A DNA stretch of 64,000 nucleotides from Phoronis australis (GCA_002633005.1 NMRA01000013.1:1206618-1270617), one strand, 5' to 3'; counted from the first letter of the stretch, positions 12,881 to 26,479 are shown. Notes: generated from the letters alone by a model not told the origin. Made by a program: numbers and translations.

Positions 12881-13201
12881 AAATAAATATGATTTCAAAT
12901 ATAAGAGGAAAAATGAAAGCTCGACCGTGGCAGCTTGTCACGTTCGAACTGGACATGAGAGATAAAGGCTATACCGAATGTTAGTTTCTAACCCTAGTAA
13001 CTGTGAACGAAGCCGCTGTCAAGCGCCGCAGTCACGGCAAAAAACATGTATCAGGCGCGCAGGTATAGTTGAAACGGCAACTTATCGTCGATGGAAAACC
13101 GTGAGATCTCCGGCAAAATGTATTATCGTGTGCACCGGTCTTTTCTGTGTTGATATTTTGACAGACAGGTTCGCTTTATTTTGTCTTGCCTTGCCTTTCA
13201 G

Positions 13202-13243
13202 CTTGCAAGTCGCGGCTTCAAGGTACCGCAGATCGAATACTGA
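13202..13243 (+). CDS. Calponin-homology protein, terminal coding exon (LASRGFKVPQIEY*)
   Basis: Long pyrimidine tract ending tttcAG, phase 0. GFxxPxI resembles the post-CH segment of the family. The joined CDS is 384 nt (127 aa). Confidence 0.75.
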   Translation, partial: LASRGFKVPQIEY

Positions 13244-13841
13244 AGTGGGCAGACACGAACCCAAAGAGAACTTTTTACGCTTTCTTGGCGTACCTAAGAA
13301 AAAATCGCGCCGGCACCGAAATTCAACAACTCTGTAATTAAATTCTTAATATTTGATGCATCTGTTAGTCTTCCGGTCGTTGTGATGTAGACGCAAGTAT
13401 CCATAGTCGGGGCCGTTTGAAAGGTTTTAGATGGTATTAACAAAAAGAAATCATTTTCAATAGGAATGAGTCGACGTAGTAAATTGTAGTGGAAAAGTGA
13501 CGCCATGTATTTTGCATAGCTTGTGCACAAATGATTCCGTGTTGAGCGTACACCACAGACATCCAGTAAAATATGATTATATCATGTACACAACAAAGAC
13601 CACAGAATAACAAATTTAAAGTTGCAGGGTTGCAACTAACATTTTAATTGGTTGTGTTGTTCTTAATCCTGTTATTGGATAGAACTTTGTAATACCAACA
13701 ACACCCACCAGCGAACTTAATTTGGCAACATTATTTGTTAGAACTGTGTAACTTTTTGGTTGTCGTAGGTGTTCGAATGCGAGCACCGTCAACACGATAT
13801 CAGTGACGCCGAAACAGAAGAATATATACAATACATACATA

Positions 13842-14188
13842 GGGCCAGTTTCATAAAAAGTGACTTAACGACGCCAGGAACGTGAAAAGTCATAAAAATA
13901 CACTTTAAACGGGTCGTGGCGAATCTTACTTCTTGTAGATGCAAACGTTAGGGTTATTCACTTAAAACATTGCACCAGTTTGCTACTCTTAAATTTTGAT
14001 CATTTAGATCAAAAGTCCAATCATCAGCCTATTCCATACCAGGCTAACTTTCGGTCTTAGCTCAGACCCATTTCACTCGTAAATTTGAACGTAAGAAATT
14101 TCATAAAACAGGAATAAGACATTTTGGTCTTAAGTTTGCTGAATTACGGCCTAAGTTCAGACAGAAAAAAATTCATGAAACGAGCCCC
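13842..14188. mobile_element. MITE
   Basis: GGGCCAGTTTCATAAA ... TTCATGAAACGAGCCC inverted termini. Confidence 0.5.
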
Positions 14189-14439
14189 CGGTGTACCAAA
14201 ATGAAACTTCCAAAATTCAGGGGCCGTAATTTCGACAGTTTAATATGTGACACAGTATGATATAGCTGTATATCAGACATAGTGTTATACTGTTAAAATA
14301 CGAATATGAATGATTATCGCGGACCCTGGTTCTTTGTATGAATAGAGTAGGTAACCCCCCCCCCCTCCCCCCCAGAGCCGTATGTATCACGTGACGTTGT
14401 GATAACGAGTCTTATTAGATTTCTGTGTTCTACCCTGCG

Positions 14440-14511
14440 GTCCCGATGTTTTAATGGATAAGCGTTTACACCGATTGTATAAGGTTCCGGGTTCGAGGCC
14501 CAATCGGGGCA
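14440..14511 (+). pseudogene. tRNA-like sequence (tRNA pseudogene or tRNA-derived SINE head)
   Basis: 72 nt with acceptor-like GTCCCGA/TCGGGGC, A-box-like TGTTTTAATGG and B-box GGTTCGAGGCCC. The anticodon arm is imperfect, so the isotype cannot be assigned. Confidence 0.5.
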
Positions 14512-17500
14512 ACAATCTTTACAGAGTTACAATGACACATGTGACTCTGCAGGGTAACGACTCTAAGCCAACATAGAACCAGTTGATAATATAACTAATG
14601 CTAAAATTTAACATGAAGATAAATCCAACTCAAGCTAAATAATCCTAAAATATAAAATACAAACAGGTCCAACCCAAACAATATGTACAAACTGTGTAAC
14701 TATGCAGCTACAAGTAAATAATGAAAAGTTGCTTGTTCCAAAGTGCACGAATTGCAGAAGAAAACCTAAGATCAAATTCGTTTGTAACACATTGCCAAAG
14801 AAAGGGTACAGTTGATCGATTTTGTCGGTTTCGCCGATTAAACTGCCTAAGATGTGATTGGTTCTCGTTGACGACGCCTGGCTTTTAAGCCAATCAGATG
14901 TCTTAAAGGGTTGACCCGTTAAAATCGGCGAAGTCAATCAAGTGAAGTCAATTAGAGTAATTATTTCTGTGTGAAGGCAAACGTTTTTGCAAAGCTAGTT
15001 TGTTATAGTAGTAATAAGTATAACGAGATTCGCCAGACTCGTGCTGCATTTCGCGTAGCTTTTAAACAGAGCTCCTTCTTATGGGTTGGTTTACTGACTA
15101 AATTTCGCCTCGTTTGGCTGGCTAAAAACAAAAAGCGAATTGGGCCTTTTACTTCCGTAATGCCGTAGAGCGTTCACAACGCTTGACACTAAGCTAAACG
15201 CAAAGTCGCATTGGACCAAAGAAAAGGTCGAACGACCGCAGCGCCACCCATTCTCTCTTCCATTGTCCCCGTAAATGCCTAAATGTACTAAATTAAAATG
15301 TAGGCGTACGTTAATTCTTAATTCTCTAACTCGATTACTCCTGCCGATGAACGGACATAGAACACAGACGACCGCATGGGCTGGTGGCGCGAATTTCACC
15401 GATTTTGTCAAAAAATTCCGACTTCTATCTGGTCACTATACCTGTGGTTTTAAAGTCCTTCTCTTACGCGTTGTTAACCCTTATTACATGGTTAGAGGAT
15501 GTTATAAGGATCCTAGAAGTACTTACCCCATAACTAATACACAATCCGTACTCGAAAAAAGTTTAAATGAACGCGCCACTCACGATTCGCACCCGAAGAA
15601 CCGCCGCCATTTTGAACTTGCCGCGAACCCGGAAGTACAATTCATTCAGGAACTCAGGCCAAGAAAACGCCGTCAGTGCGACTGGACCAGTGCCAGTACT
15701 GTTACCAGCCAGCAAACGGGGATAAGATAATCGACAGCGCGCCTTAATTTTAATGAAATCAAAATACGGACAATTTTATCGAATTTGCTGAAGAAATGTG
15801 GCGAAAAAATTTTGACAGAAATTATTTTGCCAGACTCGGGACCGCAGCCTATCGCACTCGGTGCGGATCGAGACCAGACACTGGCGAACGGTAAATGCAT
15901 TCGGTTGCAAGCTGTTTTGTCGAAGTAAAATGGTCAAATCATAAATGCTGCATATATTCAAGGGTAGTTTCAGACACTTGCATGAAATTACGGGCTAGTT
16001 AGTCCTGTGTCACACTGCCGCGGCAGACCTTAGTTAGCCTCAGTCACCCGCTACCAGTAAAGACTATCGTCAAAATAAAGCTTGTTAGTAGGCCTATACA
16101 GCTTTGCGCCAAGGCTACCTTAGGCCTAACTGGTCGCTGGCCACAGCGCTCGCTCAAACGAGGTTTATTTAGAACTTGGGTACTTCTGGCGAACTGTGCA
16201 AAGTTGTTGGCTTTCAGTAGAGATTTTCCCAGACTTTGTATGAGCGCACCAAGCCTAAAAGAATGGGGGGCTGGAATTTTTGGGAATGTCTATCTTTTAC
16301 TATAAGATTCAGTGGGTATGTTCAGAGCTATGAATAGCAGACTCTAACTTTTGGAACTTCCTGTGTTCTAGTGGAATATTGTCTCATTTTCTACTTTTTT
16401 CGGAATTAGTGCTTCTGTGACTGAGGCAGACCTTTTTCCAGTTCTCCAAAAAGGGGGCTCGTTCGAGCACATAAGTATGACAAGTCCAATACAACATGTT
16501 ATCATTTTTTATTCATTAAGTCAAAATGATTCAAACTTTTAGCACAATAAGTAACTTAAAATGCACAATACTTTACAACATTTAGCATTATAAACACTAT
16601 TCAATAGCAACAGTTTCCATGATATGAAAGTGGACATACATGTAACTATTACCATGGTGACGGAATAATGTTTCCTTACACCAGAATTTGACAAGCATCA
16701 TTTAAAAAAATATGAAGTTGCAAGGAACAAGAATTAGAGGCTTGAAGCTTCACAATCCAACATAGCTTATTTCTCAAATTAAGATTATTTATATTGTTGA
16801 CTTGATAACCTGAATTAAGAAGCAATAAGTTACAAAACATGACTTGAAAGCAATTGAGACTTAAAATTTTGAAAAATATGAATCATTTTGTGACACTGAA
16901 TCAAGTCTTGAACAGCAGTTGACAGTCAAACAAAATTATTTCAACTATTTTTTAGCTTAGTGTAAGATCACCTGAATGTAAAATAAATCGAATATATCTT
17001 ATATTTTTGCACAAAAAACACGAAAATTGAACAAATTTTCTTTTTTAGCAACGTTTGTCAAAATGTATCAACGTTAAATCTTCACAAATTACAAAGTAGC
17101 CGATTGAACATGCCTTTCAGTTCAGCAAAAGTCGCCATGTTGTCGGTGCCGCCAGAAATGAGACGAAGTCCAACGGGAATTGTGAGCACATTTATCACTT
17201 AATGAGTAACACCTGCGAGGCTGAAATTTGCTGAACACTGTTAAATCGTGCAGAATAGTAAGTAAAGATATGTCTAACTAAATTTCACCGTAATTTGTTG
17301 GAGAAAACAATTTACACAAAGTTTTAAACTCGTAACTTATCCCACTGTCCTCCAATATGGCCGACGCGATCCAAACGGAGTGACCCAAATTTCGCCACAA
17401 AACTTGCAATAACTTTAGACTGCTTGCACCATTTTGATACTTTTTCGATTTTTACTGAGTAGAATGCACTACCTTTGCGATGATAGCAAAGTACTTTTTC

Positions 17501-20178
17501 AAAACGAGAAAAAAAATAAAACCGAAAAAATTGGTTCGACCCATATTGGTTCCTAGGTTCGACCGGCCTACGTAAGGAACTAAACACCAATGCTATTTTA
17601 ACATAATAAGTACGCATAACATTCCAAAAAAAAGTCAACGACCACTAACTACAAAATATAAATACACTACATATGCAAACGAATCACGAGATATTACTAA
17701 TAAAACAAAATAATGAAGACTTTTCGAGCAAGCGATTCAGTTACAAGGAAAAAATGTCGGCTTTCAGGACAAGTTCCTAAACTGATGAGCCGGAAATGTG
17801 GGTACGGAAATAACCGATGACAGCCGGTAATTATACGCTCACAGAGAAGGGTCAAATACTGTTAAAAAATCGCTTTCGGCAAGAAAGGCGAATAGAATAT
17901 AAAGAAAGGGTGTCGAAAATAAGATTTTATGTAGTAAGTATTTTCGGATACTGGAACCACATGGGCAGTTTGAGAGAAGGACTTTAAAGAGTGGTGCCAA
18001 ATGTGCTGCATTCAGCGTAACAGTTGCTAATCAAATGTTATAAATCTAGGAGAACTGTTCACGAAATCTGAAATGAATTTAGAGGGAATTATTGTCCGAC
18101 TTTGATACTCGCACTGGCGACCAGGATTTTTCCCCAGGTCACCAAACGCAATCTGAGGTGGCATTGGTCGCTTAATCGAGCGCTGTTTCAGTAACGCTAG
18201 GACCTACGCTAGTACCTCGCTAAAATAAAGATCACGTGTTCTCATTTGAAGCACACGACAATATCTCACGTAATTTCGTGAAGACGTGATTTTTTAGCGA
18301 GACCCTTGTGTTAATGAACTCTACTCCGGTCTCATAAAATTCTTCACTGTTACAAACTCAAGTCACAGGCAATGTGTATATCTGTCGTTTTCAAATTCCT
18401 AATTTCAGGGTTGGTAAACCCAAAATAACTCTTGAAGCGTTTTATTTTTTAGTCGGTAATGAATCATTGTTTGTAACGGCAAAATAAATGCACACTCAAA
18501 TGTACAGAAAAGTAAGGCGCTTAATTAAAACAAATATTGGTTAACAATAAAATATACTAGCGTCTGAAGTTAAAATCGCCCCCCCCCCCTTGGGTGCCGC
18601 AAGAAAAATGAAAGAGCAATAGCGTGACGCGAGGGTAAATACTGAGTTCAGTTCAGTAACTACGACCGGTAGCGGATGAGTATGGGGCTCAGACCCCAGA
18701 TCTCGGCGGCATCGTGTTCCCGTGTTTTTTTTTTTATTTTTTTCAGTCCACCGAGATAAGTTTTCCGATCAAAAGGTCTACATTCTACATTCCCGCCCCC
18801 CACAACTTTCGGGACGTCTATGCATATACAATCGCGCCTTTCCCAATTCCCCGAGGCAACATGTTGGGCCCCCCTTATAGTATCCTAGATTCGCCACTGT
18901 GGGAATATCCCTCCGAGCTAGATCTCTGGGTACAACCGATCTGGCATTATAAGTACCTGGCGAGTTAACCACGGGAAGTACTATTAACGCCATGCCATTT
19001 TTTGGCTTCGTAATAAATCGAGGTTTACGATACTGGCCCCAATTCGTTAAAACAGGCCGTTTTAATACAAAGCCGAAACAACTAGAGCCCCGATTCATTA
19101 CAAAGACCTGTTTAGTTGCAATTGTATTAAAAACGGGTCAGTTTTGACTGTTACAGTTGTAACAAAACGGGGCGTTGCATAAAGGCAGGGCTTATCAGGG
19201 CTGTGTCTCGCTAGACGACAGTAGGGTCGAGAAACAAAGCGGGCGCCTGGGCAACACGACACCCTGGCCCCCTGACCTACTACTTTTACTCTACAATAAC
19301 CCCATGCACACGCATCCGCCATTTTAGGCAGGTGGAGACAAACAATGCCAATAGCTTTTATTGTAAAATAACAAATAAAAATAATTAAATACAATATATA
19401 AATAATATTTTTATTCTGACTCTTCATTTTCATAAAAATTCGATTCATTCAGACCTCCCACATAGAGAGTTCTTATATTGTCAGTCGACTTCGGCACGTG
19501 GTGGAACACATAACAGTCTTCATTCTTAAGGTACTGAAAAGACTCACCAGACCAGAATGCATAGAAGGAGCAAATATTTTTAGGGAAAGACGACAAATTC
19601 TTTACATTGATAACGTTTTCGACTTGCAAAGTTCTACGGTCATTTTCAAAGTGAAACAAAGAGTTTGAAAATGTACGCCGGACCTTGGAGGTCGAAAACG
19701 TTAACAAGGTAACGACTTTATCGCTGGTGTCTAAAGAATTTTGCTCATCGAGTGATCTCCCTGAGCAACCGTCACAGGAACGCTACAGAAACTCCTCAGA
19801 GACATGCAAAGGTTTGCGATAAGTTTTACCTCACAAATCTGGTGCACCTCCCTTATTGGCTGTATGTATCACCTTCAAGCGCTCATGTGGGACACATCAA
19901 CGCTGTACTGCTAGCAAAGCCATTGAGCGTATGCTCGTAGATGCCGCACATATAGCATTGGATATCTTCACAGCACACCAGACATCCTCTCTAACTGCGT
20001 GACTGATTGGTAACATTGTCGATAACACGATAATCGATCAATGAACTGAAGAAAGAGATACTCTTCTTATGACTTCTAATTCTGAATCTGGAGACTTAAT
20101 TAACCTTTGTCTATCTGAAGACGAATAGCAAAAATCCTTGAAAACTTCTATATTTATTTTGCTGTTTTGTTTGCTTTT

Positions 20179-21747
20179 TTACTGTGCCGGCGGACCCCGT
20201 GACTCAGACTGGCCTCGGGGTTGCTCCCCCTTCCCCCTTCTCTCGACGCCACTGGACGTGCATGCATTACGAGACCACACTACAGAACGACATTGATTCA
20301 AAATACGTTTTTTGGCTACGAATGCCAAAAATAGATTGAATCCCTGTGTGTTGTTAAAGACAATGAACAGATAAGCGAAGACGTCATGCGGATACCAAGA
20401 ATTAAGATAACCAAACACCCAGGTGATACCGCTAATTGCGATCAAGCGACAGCTGATGAGCAGCAACCAGTACTCGTTCTTTCTTCTTGATTTCAAGCCA
20501 ACTTGTAGCCGGTAAAAGCATACCACGCTTGCAGTAGCTAAAAGTGAGGCAATTACCACACATGTGGCGATAGGAATCGCAAAGAAATACAAAATAGCCG
20601 CATGATTGGAAATCCAGCAAATCTCGTTACCGTAACCGATTGATAAGGGGGTGTTGTCAATAAATTCAAAGACCAATGCAACACCAACAATAGGAGCGGG
20701 AAACAGGAACCCCATGCTGAAACGGAAGAATAAAAACAGTGACATTGGTTCTCGGTATTGTGTTTCCTGGGCGCGCTGGTTGAACTGAGACACCAAGACC
20801 GATGTAGTTGAAAACGAGCGAAAGAGTTGACAGTTAAAAATCAAAATCCATGCAAAATAGGACAGCCATGCAAAGTGAGTGACCACAGCAACAACTTTGC
20901 AGAGAATTTTAAAAGGAAGGGCATGCACACCAAACTGAAATGATAACTGAGCCAGAAGAAGGCTGGCCATCAAGTTTATCGTAATTTTGCCGATATAGCT
21001 TCCCCTCATGTCTTCAAGCAAAAAGTAGGTCGTTATGGTAACCAGCAAAGAACTGCCTGAAACCACTGTTAATGAGAGCGAAACTATACCTTGATAGGAA
21101 GACGAAATCTTTTTCATATCCTTCAATTTCAGTTCTGTAAGCTTAAGAAATTCGTCAACGCATATAAACCCTGTGCTCTCTAAAGTTCCGTTGGACATGC
21201 TTGAGGTAATTTTCGTTGAGTTGCTTAACCGGACCATGGGACAAGTGACAGTGTCCGTATTTTTCATGCCAGTGACGTTTACAAAATAAGTGTGGTTTGA
21301 CAGAGATTTGGAAAGAATGTCCAAAAACTGATACAGCGCACGTGCGTCTCCCTTTACGCTCATATGGGTTTCCATCTTCAGAAACACTCCATTTTCAATC
21401 ACTGTCGCGGAACAGTATATCGTAGCTTTACCTTTGAACATAGCAAAGAAGTGTTTTTCAAATCTATCAGTCCACGGAAACCAATAGGTTGATTTAAAGT
21501 CACTTTGTTTTACTTCTATGTCCATAGTTTTGTTGTACTTGACTAACACAGTTCTTCTGGGAATTCCATACCTCGTGAAAATATTGACTCTTATGAAATT
21601 TGAGTCAAAATTCGATGTGCTTTGAGCTATTGTACGGAAGGTATACGTGATCTTTCTCAATGTGCCAGCAAGGGAAACGAGAGGATCTTGACACTTGTCA
21701 CCGTCAGCATACAATCCGGTGGGACAAACGAATGGCTGACAGATGTC
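20179..21747 (-). CDS. SMB/Cys-rich secretin-class (adhesion/Methuselah-like) 7TM GPCR, exon 2
   Basis: Acceptor ttttctAG|GAC in frame with the 511-aa ORF. Seven hydrophobic helices with class-B motifs (NLMASLLLAQ, CKVVAVVTHFAWLSYFAW, YGNEICWI, GITWVFG, FIVFNNTQG). Confidence 0.9.
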   Translation of the reverse strand, partial: DICQPFVCPTGLYADGDKCQDPLVSLAGTLRKITYTFRTIAQSTSNFDSNFIRVNIFTRYGIPRRTVLVKYNKTMDIEVKQSDFKSTYWFPWTDRFEKHFFAMFKGKATIYCSATVIENGVFLKMETHMSVKGDARALYQFLDILSKSLSNHTYFVNVTGMKNTDTVTCPMVRLSNSTKITSSMSNGTLESTGFICVDEFLKLTELKLKDMKKISSSYQGIVSLSLTVVSGSSLLVTITTYFLLEDMRGSYIGKITINLMASLLLAQLSFQFGVHALPFKILCKVVAVVTHFAWLSYFAWILIFNCQLFRSFSTTSVLVSQFNQRAQETQYREPMSLFLFFRFSMGFLFPAPIVGVALVFEFIDNTPLSIGYGNEICWISNHAAILYFFAIPIATCVVIASLLATASVVCFYRLQVGLKSRRKNEYWLLLISCRLIAISGITWVFGYLNSWYPHDVFAYLFIVFNNTQGFNLFLAFVAKKRILNQCRSVVWSRNACTSSGVERRGKGEQPRGQSESRGPPAQ

Positions 21748-22824
21748 CTAGAAAATAAATAGTATATTAGTGTAGCTTCGATTGAAATGTGTATGAAATA
21801 ATTACACAGTTAGTCCAAGTAAGTAACTTGAAGAACACTTAAAGTTGCATTTTCCCTGTTCAACTGGCCGAATAACGAAAATTTTAATAGACCTTTTACT
21901 CCAACGAAATCAGCCTGAAAGTTTAGTTTCAATTATAAGAATAGTTTAGTGTTATCTAGAAGAACATACAGTACTTAAAAAAGTCAAAAACAAAACGCGT
22001 CGGCCAACACTGAAATTCTAAAATTGAAAAACAATCAAAATAGGTCAGTCACCAGGCAGACCAATGATCATTTCCCATCAGTATATTGCACATCTGTTGT
22101 TGCTTCGGTTAATAACTCGAACTGTGTTTAAAGTAACCGATTAACAGTGATGACTGAGGGAAGTGCACTATTTCAACTTTGTGTTAAAATTCCGCTTCAC
22201 GTGCAAACAAATGGCCAAAATTTTGGACATTACGCGACTAAATCTGAATAACCAAATTATAACGGTCTTAAGTAACGTGGTCTCAATAGTTCCAACCACA
22301 ACATGGCCGCCACCCAGGAATCGTTCCTGAACTAATGTGCGGGGAACTCAGGTCACGGAAATAGACAAGAATCGTGTAGGATATTCTGAATTCGGCGGAG
22401 GTACAAAATTTTGTTCAAAATGGCCTGTAGTTTGATAGAAAAAATAGGAAAACGCTGTAGCATGTTACGTTATCACTTACATGTAGTTTGCATGTATTTT
22501 CATATGTAGGAAAACCCCTTAATACAAGGTCTTTTAATAAACTAATTGACAAATGTTGAAGAAGGTACCTTGCCAAAGGCCGGAAGATAGTGCTACACAG
22601 ATGTTGGTATTGGCGTTTTTTATTTTTACAGTCGAGAGTTGTTACTAGGATTATTTCGTAATTTAAAGTCCTACAGGTATTTACTGTTTTACTGTGAAGT
22701 TCAGTGCTGTTTATGTGCGGCGGCCATTTGGAGTGTGTACCTCAAAAATCAAAAGGCATTCAAAAATTCCATAGCAAATTGTGGTTATTTTAAACACATT
22801 TGATTGTTTATTTGTTCAAAGAAC

Positions 22825-22990
22825 ACAGCGCAGGCCCAAACTGGCACAGCGTCCCAAACTGTCACAACTTCAAAACTGTGACAATTTTGCTCAGCAGTGC
22901 AAGCCCAAATTTTCCAAAATTGTCTTAGAACAAGGCACAAATTGTCTATAGTACAGGCCCAATTTGTCACGATAGCCCAAACAGTCACAA
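22825..22990. repeat. Degenerate short tandem repeats (GCCCAAACTGTCACA-like)
   Basis: Several imperfect copies visible, inside the GPCR intron. Confidence 0.5.
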
Positions 22991-23179
22991 TGGTTCAAAT
23001 TGTTAAATCAACGTAAGTTCTGCCAGTAGAATATTCTAAGCTACTGCGATGAAATTTCCACCAAAAATACGTGCTGTAATATAAAGATACAGTAGGAAAT
23101 TTGAGAAGTTCATGAATACAGGGTTAACAATAATTGTGGAGCTTAGGAGCGGGACAGTTGAGAAGAAAATCTTGCGAAA

Positions 23180-23545
23180 CCTAATGGGATACACACTTCG
23201 GCAGTATGTGATCCCCAAGTAAAGGGTATCTAGTCTTCCCTGCCAGAGCATAAAGTTCTTTTGTCGCAGAATATCTGATGCTATTTTTGTGTTACAGACC
23301 CATCTTCCACGGTTCCGCCCCACTTTTCTCCTCGCAGGAAACGATGTGCTGGAGCATAGTTATTGTGCCCTGCTGGTCAACAAATGTCAGCTCTAAAGAA
23401 AGGGATAGCTACCTAGAGAGAAGAATTTTGTTCGCGGGCAGGCCCGAGTTGAGCTCGAGCAAGGACGTGTGGGTATCTTGAAGTAATGGACTGCCCCCTC
23501 TCCCGCGTGGCTGTGGCGCCGGACACCTTGATAACAACAGTGTAC
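23180..23545 (-). mobile_element. Degenerate THAP-domain relic
   Basis: HCCYQG...AVHYFKIPT ... RGRWV ... (T)LCS ... SVYP, with stops and frameshifts. Confidence 0.35.
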
Positions 23546-24979
23546 TTATTCAATAAAATTGAAAGATTTCCTGAAGTTTTGCGGTGCCCTTCATTTTGAT
23601 CATTAATCAGATCAGAAAGCAAAACACTCTTTCAGACAAGTTCAAACAGTTGCTCAAAAGTCGCTCATTGTCGTTTCTGGTTGTCGAAAAAGCTCCCAAG
23701 GCGCATGTTTGGCCAGTGGCTGTCGGTCATATTTCAGAGTGCCTCGGTGGGCAGATAAGGAAATTTCCGGTAGGAAAGCAACTGAAAAGTTTATATTTAT
23801 ATAAAACGTGCGGCAGTTTGATTCATAAAAAACCTTGCAGAAAAGAACTTTTACCGTAAAGTAAAGCATTTGATTCAGTTAGTTATGGACCAGAGATGGC
23901 AAAAACATGAAAATTTGAGACTGGACCGGAAGTGACGGCTTCGTATGGGAATAAAAGTCACAGCTATCACACTTGAAAGGTTTCCACAAAATACTTTACT
24001 TCACTTATCAGGTATCTTTGAGAAAAAGGTTCAAAATTAACCCGACAAACTTCCTTTATCCACTTACTAAGCATTTTCTTTTCTTTGATTGATTTCGAGT
24101 AGGCTACAAACTTGACATAACGCATCCACGGATATTTTTCAAATTCATCTAACTTTCTCTCGTCGGATTTGCAGCCTGCTCTGCAGTAGCAATACGTCGT
24201 TGGGAATGAAAGGAGGCATAGAGGAATTCATCCTAGAAAAACGTGTAACAATAACGCCAAAACGACAGGCTTTAAAAGTGCTATGCTGATATTGCGGCAT
24301 TGTGGTTGAAAACGACAATATTTGAAAGTCGCATGAGTAGTTTTTCGCATGATGGATGAAAACTTTGATCAGTAAAAAGTGCTTCTTCATTCTGGCAATG
24401 TTTTAAACGAAAATTCCCAGTTTAAAAAATTATGCAAGGAATTTTGTTCCAATTCCGTTAAGGAGATTATTTTGTTTGATAAGTTTTATATCATTAAATA
24501 ATTGAAACATAATCTTTTCTTCATTTGCAGCAGTGCAGAACACACTAAAGATTTCGTTAATTGTGATATGTCACTAAAATAAGAAAATTTCGCAGATTAC
24601 AGTCTTGTATGTAACTGCGTTTTCACTGGCAATTCATCAAAACCAAAGTTCACTACCGTTCACCTGTGGCGGAAATTTTGTTGATAGACATTTGAGCATG
24701 TGTTGATGTAGCAATATTTGTGCATAGCTGTAAACTGGGTTCGTTCGCGATTAAACTCTATTTTGTTTTTTTATTGAAAAGTGGTGGAAAGAATATCTCT
24801 AAACAATTTGAATCAATTCCAAGTGATCTAAGATAATTTCTGTTCTTCCAAACAAGAACAACGGGCAAAGAGGTAAAAAATGTGGATTTGTGGTCCTTAA
24901 AGCGATAACGCGGAAACTGTTGCTAGAGGAAGAGCACGTATTAGTTAAAAAAGTTGTTGTAATGAAAGCATCAATTTAC

Positions 24980-25945
24980 CTGGTATGGATTGTAGAACTG
25001 ACCCCTTGGACATTGCGTCGTGCCTCCTCTAAACACAGAGCGAAAATTTATAATGGCGGTAAAGGATGGCATGTATTCGCCTGGCCGGTAAGGGTTCCAT
25101 TGTATAATATCATTACACCTCGCCGTCTTGTCCAGATTTTTACCGTTGCAAAGAGCACAATGAGGATTTCTGAAAAGCTGAAGTTGACCAAAGTTAGGAA
25201 TTGATACATGTCTGACGTACGACTTGCACGCCTTCTCAACAAAAGGCTCGGTGATGATGCTACAATCCCTTACTTCCCAATCAAAGCATACAATATTAGC
25301 AACAGAGCTGTCATTGCGAGGGAAAAATTTTAAGAGTGGAATATTCAGAAAGACGTCCAAGTTGTCATCAAGTCGATCGCTAAGTAGCTGGATGGTCTTT
25401 CGTAGCTGCGAATTCTCCGGCTCACTGGGCCAGTACAGAGCAATTGTCCAGGGAACTACGTCCGTTTGACTGTTGCACAAAGCGCAAAACTTGTTCTTGT
25501 ATGTTACCGCGTCATCTGACGAGCTCACGGGCAGATGATCCGCGATTGATTTCGGTTCGTTCTCGCATCGCTGCCTGATAAGTGGCAAACTAAATTCTCT
25601 AGGACATTTTGTAATCATGCCATAGGCTATTTTATTGGTCAGTATGTCGTAGAACGTGTCCAACAATCTTTCATTCCAGTATTTTTTATTGATCCAGGTA
25701 GGTTCGTGACAGCTTGAGATGTTGTTTAACTCAACAGTAGAAACGTTGTCCAACATGTAACAGTCGAAGCAACAGTTCCCTAAGTCAATGCAGTGTTGCG
25801 TGCACTGACAACTGCGTGCGTTGTATGTAGGACCACATAAAGCGCTGACTAACGTCGAAATGTTCCGATTCTCACCGTGTAACGCGACTAACTGATAATG
25901 AAGAACAATCGCCAGAACAAGATACCTCGCGATAAACGAACACAT
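24980..25945 (-). CDS. SMB/Cys-rich secretin-class GPCR, exon 1 (signal peptide and ectodomain)
   Basis: N-terminal signal peptide, somatomedin-B-like CQCTQHCIDLGNCCFDC, two NxxCALCN repeats and donor CAG|GTAAAT. Phase 0 joins exon 2 to give 844 aa. Confidence 0.85.
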
Positions 25946-26479
25946 GCTTCAGGTTAAGTTCCACTCCAAGTTTATGACTAACGCTCCAAATCACATGATA
26001 CTTATGCATCCAAACGCCAACAGTAAAACAAAGACACGTAGCAGGTGGATATGAATGTGGTTATTTTTTAAAGTGATTGGACTGTACCATTCTGCTGCCT
26101 TGTTACTGTTACACAGTTGATAACTAAAGAACCAATCAACCCGACTTCGGTCATCAAATACTAATTTTTGCATCACAAAATTTTTTCTATAAAATTGGTG
26201 ACAACTTGTTCCTTATTCAGATGAGGCTGTAGAAGAACTCTCTGTGACCAGCCAAATTATCGAGCCGTAAGGAACTGTCAAGATATTTCCCAGGCTCAGA
26301 AGTCGTTTCTAATACAAGTAAACAACAGGTTAACCCGGATTTACAGCGGTAAGCACCTTCAAATGAAAGGTATTTTTTAAAGGAGTTTTATTAACGCCTT
26401 AGGAATGGGGTTCTGTCTCGTAGATAGATCACACGTAGTACTTTTTCACGACTGCTGGTACATCGGCAGTTAGATCCAT

